The notes beneath the pieces were generated by a model that did no database searches, was not told where the DNA came from, and saw only the letters and a list, made by a program, of their open reading frames with translations. From Candidatus Latescibacterota bacterium (GTDB taxonomy: Bacteria > Latescibacterota > UBA2968), in the NCBI GenBank assembly GCA_965222605.1, contig OZ244960.1, forward strand, positions 2,784,001 to 2,848,000: DNA of 64,000 bases, in the 5' to 3' direction. Each line of letters starts with the position of its first letter. The stretch's first letter is position 1. Below, one piece after another: positions 60,478 to 64,000 of the stretch. A program made the position numbers and the translations under genes.

Positions 60478-61389
60478 TTATGCAATCATCCTTATTTTTT
60501 CCGGCGCCTCCCAGGCACGCTCCCATGATTTACCTCGATCCTCACTGGTATAAAGCGTCTTATCCACAGCCGCCCATGCACACCCGTCCTTCGAGAACGC
60601 AATGTGAAAGGTATCGATATTGTGCGGAACCGTCTCTGGAAAACCCGCTGTAACGTGTCCCCAGGTACTCCCCGCATCATCCGATCTGTAAAGCTGACCT
60701 GAAGCCTCTCCGTGTGGTCCCCTGCTAACCGTAGCCAGCAAACAATCCGGATCGTCGGGATGCACGGCAATAGCGCGACCGTAATAATAGGGAAAACCCT
60801 CAGACCGGTGGGACCACGACCTGCCGCGGTCATCGCTCACATACACCGCACGCGCCGTATTCGCATACACGCGATTGTCGTCCCGGGGCGATGTCGCCAC
60901 CTGGTGTACATCATCGTGTAAATCGGGCGTCACGGGTTCCCATGTCTCACCCCAATCTGCCGAGCGCATGATATTACCCACGTGAATATCGGCATAAACC
61001 CACCCATCCGTTGTCCGGGCAAAACTGCGCACATCTGGCGGACCACCCCAGGGCGTGTACCATTTTTCGCGCACCGAAAGTTGGTCAAAGGACTCAACGC
61101 GATACGTTTTCCCATCATCATAACAATAAATATGGGACTCGCCCGTACCGATAAGCAAGCGCAGGGGTTCTTCGTCAATAATGATCAGACACTCGATATC
61201 CTGCTCAATACCCGTGGCAACTGTTTGAGAACCCGTTTGGGTACACACAAACAAATCGCCTCCCTTGAGAGCGACCACACAATAAACCTCGCCTTTGGCA
61301 AGCGCGGCAACATCGCCTTCTAAAATCTGCACAGGAGCGTCCTGCTCCTCAAAACCCGTATGTACCGTTCGCGACGTAGCAATAAGCAT
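60478..61389 (-). CDS. BNR/Asp-box beta-propeller protein
   Basis: Repeated S.D.G.SW/TW motifs (RSADWGETW, SDDRGRSW, RSDDAGSTW, SEDRGKSW); DVHQV. Confidence 0.85.
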   Translation of the reverse strand: MLIATSRTVHTGFEEQDAPVQILEGDVAALAKGEVYCVVALKGGDLFVCTQTGSQTVATGIEQDIECLIIIDEEPLRLLIGTGESHIYCYDDGKTYRVESFDQLSVREKWYTPWGGPPDVRSFARTTDGWVYADIHVGNIMRSADWGETWEPVTPDLHDDVHQVATSPRDDNRVYANTARAVYVSDDRGRSWSHRSEGFPYYYGRAIAVHPDDPDCLLATVSRGPHGEASGQLYRSDDAGSTWGHVTAGFPETVPHNIDTFHIAFSKDGCAWAAVDKTLYTSEDRGKSWERAWEAPEKIRMIA

Positions 61390-61555
61390 AACGCACCTCC
61401 ATGATTAACGTTTAAGTTTAAAAGCAATTTAACGGATCGCCCGCACCCTGTAAACCCCAAAATCCATTGCCCGACAATTCTAAAAACTTGACAAACTCAG
61501 AAATGTTCAGATTATTTGTATTGTCTTTGCATCCTGCACAGAGGAGATCGATACC

Positions 61556-62407
61556 ATGAAACATTGGAAACCCACCGACGAACAAAAACACCAATGGAAA
61601 GAAAAGGGATTTTTCATCGAGCGCAATGTCGTACCAGAAGACACTGCTTTTGACATGCGCGGCGTCATAAAAAACGAATTGCTCAAACCCGAGCCGAGTG
61701 GCCGCCCCAATGTGGATCCCATGGATCCCATGGGCGATACCCCGGAAGCGCGTGCCCTGAGATTTCGAAAATTGGGCAATTTCTGCGTGGAATCCCCCCT
61801 CATCTGGCATACATTTCACACCGGACGAGAAATGCTTGCCATGGCGCGATATTTTTTGGGCAACGACATCATCGTCAAGTTCAACAGCGTATTTGTAAAA
61901 CCCGCCAAAACGGGCAGCGCAACACCCTGGCACCAGGACAACGGCCTCTGGCGCGACGGAGAAACCGAACCGTTTAACGCGTGGATGGCACTCGATCCGG
62001 CGACGCGCGAAAATGGGTGTATGCAATTTGTCCCAGGCAGTCACAAAGGTGAGATTGTACAACATGTCATGTATGAAGACAGCATTCACGGCGAACTGCC
62101 CCGCGACCTTGTAAAAGCGCGCATAGAACAATGCGGCATAGAACATATCGAAGCCAATCCGGGTGATGTGGTCTGCTGGCACAGCAGCCTGTGGCATTAC
62201 AGCCCGCCAAACCCCAGTGCAAATAGCCGCATAGCCATCGCGGGCGTGTGGACAAACCAAAAAATCAACGCCGGGTACGTGCGTCCTCTGAATCGCTGGG
62301 GCATGAAAAACGGCGAAATATGCACCGCATTCCCCCCCGAATTCGTCCAGATCGAAAACGGCGAACTCCACCAGTTAGGAGCCTTTCCCAAAGCAATAAA
62401 ACAATGA
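61556..62407 (+). CDS. Phytanoyl-CoA dioxygenase (PhyH) family protein
   Basis: TPWHQD, WMALD.AT.ENGC..FVPGSH, WHYS.PN...R. Confidence 0.92.
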   Translation: MKHWKPTDEQKHQWKEKGFFIERNVVPEDTAFDMRGVIKNELLKPEPSGRPNVDPMDPMGDTPEARALRFRKLGNFCVESPLIWHTFHTGREMLAMARYFLGNDIIVKFNSVFVKPAKTGSATPWHQDNGLWRDGETEPFNAWMALDPATRENGCMQFVPGSHKGEIVQHVMYEDSIHGELPRDLVKARIEQCGIEHIEANPGDVVCWHSSLWHYSPPNPSANSRIAIAGVWTNQKINAGYVRPLNRWGMKNGEICTAFPPEFVQIENGELHQLGAFPKAIKQ

Positions 62408-64000
62408 ACAAACAGGGAACCATAGAACGTTCCATAGGTCTTGCAGGTGCTACGGGAGTGGGCATTGGCGCCATGGTCGGAGGCGGCATACTGGCACTTG
62501 CAGGCGTGGCCTATGCGACCACCGGACCGGCGACACTTGCCGTCTTCGCTGCCAATGGTGTAATAGCAATACTGACTGCATTGAGCTTTGCCGAGATGTC
62601 AACCGCATTTCCCCAGTCCGGCGGCACCTATACATTTGCCAAAAACGTATTGTCCGTACGCGCGGCTTTCGCTTTTGGATGGGTGGGCTGGTTTGCATCC
62701 ATCGTCGCCGGCGTACTCTACGCGATGGGGTTTGCATCCTATGCTGCGATAGCACTGCAAGAATGCGGACGTCTTCTCTTTGGCATTGCACCAGAATGGC
62801 TCGTTGGCCAGGCGATGGTTGCAACGCTGGCCATCTGTGCAACAGCCTATTATACCTTCGGCCTCATTCGCACGAGCGGGGGCGGGGACAACTGGATCAA
62901 TTTTGCAAAAATGATCGTTTTTGCCGTGCTTATCGGCGGCGGTCTATGGGCACTCACAGGCCGCAGTCTAACGGCTATACACACCAGCCTGACCCCATTC
63001 CTCACCCATGGTACAGCGGGATTTTTTCAAGCCATGGGATATACCTTTATTGTTCTCCAGGGATTTGACCTCATCGCCGCCATTGCCGGCGAAGTGCGCG
63101 CCCCCGAACGCACATTGCCGCGAGCCATGCTCTTGTCTCTCGCAGCGGCTCTGGGCGTCTATTTGCCCCTGCTCTTTGTGATTGCGACTGTAGGTGTGCC
63201 GCCTGGACAGACGATTGGTGCCCTCAGTGCCAAACACCCCGAAGTGGTGGTGGCTCTGGCGGCGCGACATTTTCTGGGTGAAACGGGTTTCTGGCTCGTG
63301 CTGGTCGCCGCCATTTTGTCTATGCTATCGGCACTACAGTCCAATTTGCTCGCGGCTTCCCGCGTGGCCCTCACCATGGCACAAGACCGCACCCTTCCCG
63401 CACCTATTGGCGAAGTACACATTCGCTACAAAACGCCCATAACAGCAATCTGTGTCAGTGCCCTGACAATGGCAACGCTGCTGCTGGTCGTGCCCGATGT
63501 AGCGGCTGCCAGCGCTGCGGCGAGTTTGATTTTTCTCATCTCTTTTGCCATGACGCACTGGACCAGCATCCTGGCCCGAACGCGACGGCGAACACCCGCA
63601 CCATTCCACACGCCATTTTTCCCGCTCATACCCGTCACAGGCGGTTTGTGTTGCGCTGGATTGGCACTCTTTCAAGCCCTGTCCGTGCCCACCGCCGGTT
63701 TGATCTCGGCGGTATGGGTGGGACTGGGCGGATTATTGTATTGGGCATTACTGGCGCGTCGCGCGCGCGTTGTAGATGCCTCTGCAGAGGCACTCGACCC
63801 GCAATTGCTTCAAATGCGCGGCCGCAGTCCGCTGGTCCTCGTACCCGTGGCCAATCCTCAAAATGCCTCGGCCATGGTCGCAGTTGCCCACGCGCTCGCA
63901 CCGCAGGGCGTGGGGCGCGTGTTGTTATTGTCTGTCGTAGCCGCGCCAGAAGAGGAGTGGCAGGAGGGAGATCCACCCCATTCCTTACACGATACACAGA
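62404..64000 (+). CDS. APC-family amino acid permease with C-terminal USP-like domain; runs off the window
   Basis: Hand translation (absent from ORF track): GVGIGAMVGGGI, FAEMSTAFPQSGGTY, GFDLIAAIAGEVRAPERTLPRA, SRVALTMAQD, then VLVPVANPQNA. ATGA overlap with the preceding gene. Confidence 0.92.
   Translation, partial: MNKQGTIERSIGLAGATGVGIGAMVGGGILALAGVAYATTGPATLAVFAANGVIAILTALSFAEMSTAFPQSGGTYTFAKNVLSVRAAFAFGWVGWFASIVAGVLYAMGFASYAAIALQECGRLLFGIAPEWLVGQAMVATLAICATAYYTFGLIRTSGGGDNWINFAKMIVFAVLIGGGLWALTGRSLTAIHTSLTPFLTHGTAGFFQAMGYTFIVLQGFDLIAAIAGEVRAPERTLPRAMLLSLAAALGVYLPLLFVIATVGVPPGQTIGALSAKHPEVVVALAARHFLGETGFWLVLVAAILSMLSALQSNLLAASRVALTMAQDRTLPAPIGEVHIRYKTPITAICVSALTMATLLLVVPDVAAASAAASLIFLISFAMTHWTSILARTRRRTPAPFHTPFFPLIPVTGGLCCAGLALFQALSVPTAGLISAVWVGLGGLLYWALLARRARVVDASAEALDPQLLQMRGRSPLVLVPVANPQNASAMVAVAHALAPQGVGRVLLLSVVAAPEEEWQEGDPPHSLHDTQ

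Overview
About 64 kb of bacterial chromosome with roughly 55 CDS. I found no rRNA, tRNA, CRISPR array, transposase or integrase. FlgD/T9SS-type C-terminal domains, cohesin and dockerin-like modules, a DUF6785-type membrane protein and many enolase-superfamily, Ldh_2 and PhyH paralogs suggest an FCB-superphylum organism, Latescibacterota-like (inference). Main blocks: (1) 1-3.9 kb, secreted surface proteins and decayed module fragments, including an HEXXH metalloprotease that the ORF track misses; (2) 4.2-14.9, 29.7-35.5 and 43.5-48.8 kb, pectin/sugar-acid catabolism; (3) 15.0-17.8 kb, an AT-richer Type II R-M pair (BanI-like REase plus an unusual three-domain amino-MTase); (4) 18.0-29.3 kb, urtA-porin-urtBCDE-ureAB-ureC-ureFGD, with plant/fungal-like urease proteins and no ureE; (5) 35.5-43.3 kb, an accessory island with an orphan ABC/AAA ATPase and a tight four-gene operon: amino-DNA methyltransferase, MORC-type GHKL ATPase fused to a histidine kinase, receiver protein and an unknown protein, with no recognisable nuclease. 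This operon is the best candidate for an undescribed (probably defence) system; (6) an ECF sigma/anti-sigma/catalytically dead HtrA operon, acs, bioAD, two TA loci and an APC permease running off the right end. All family calls come from motif recognition by eye; no database searches were run.
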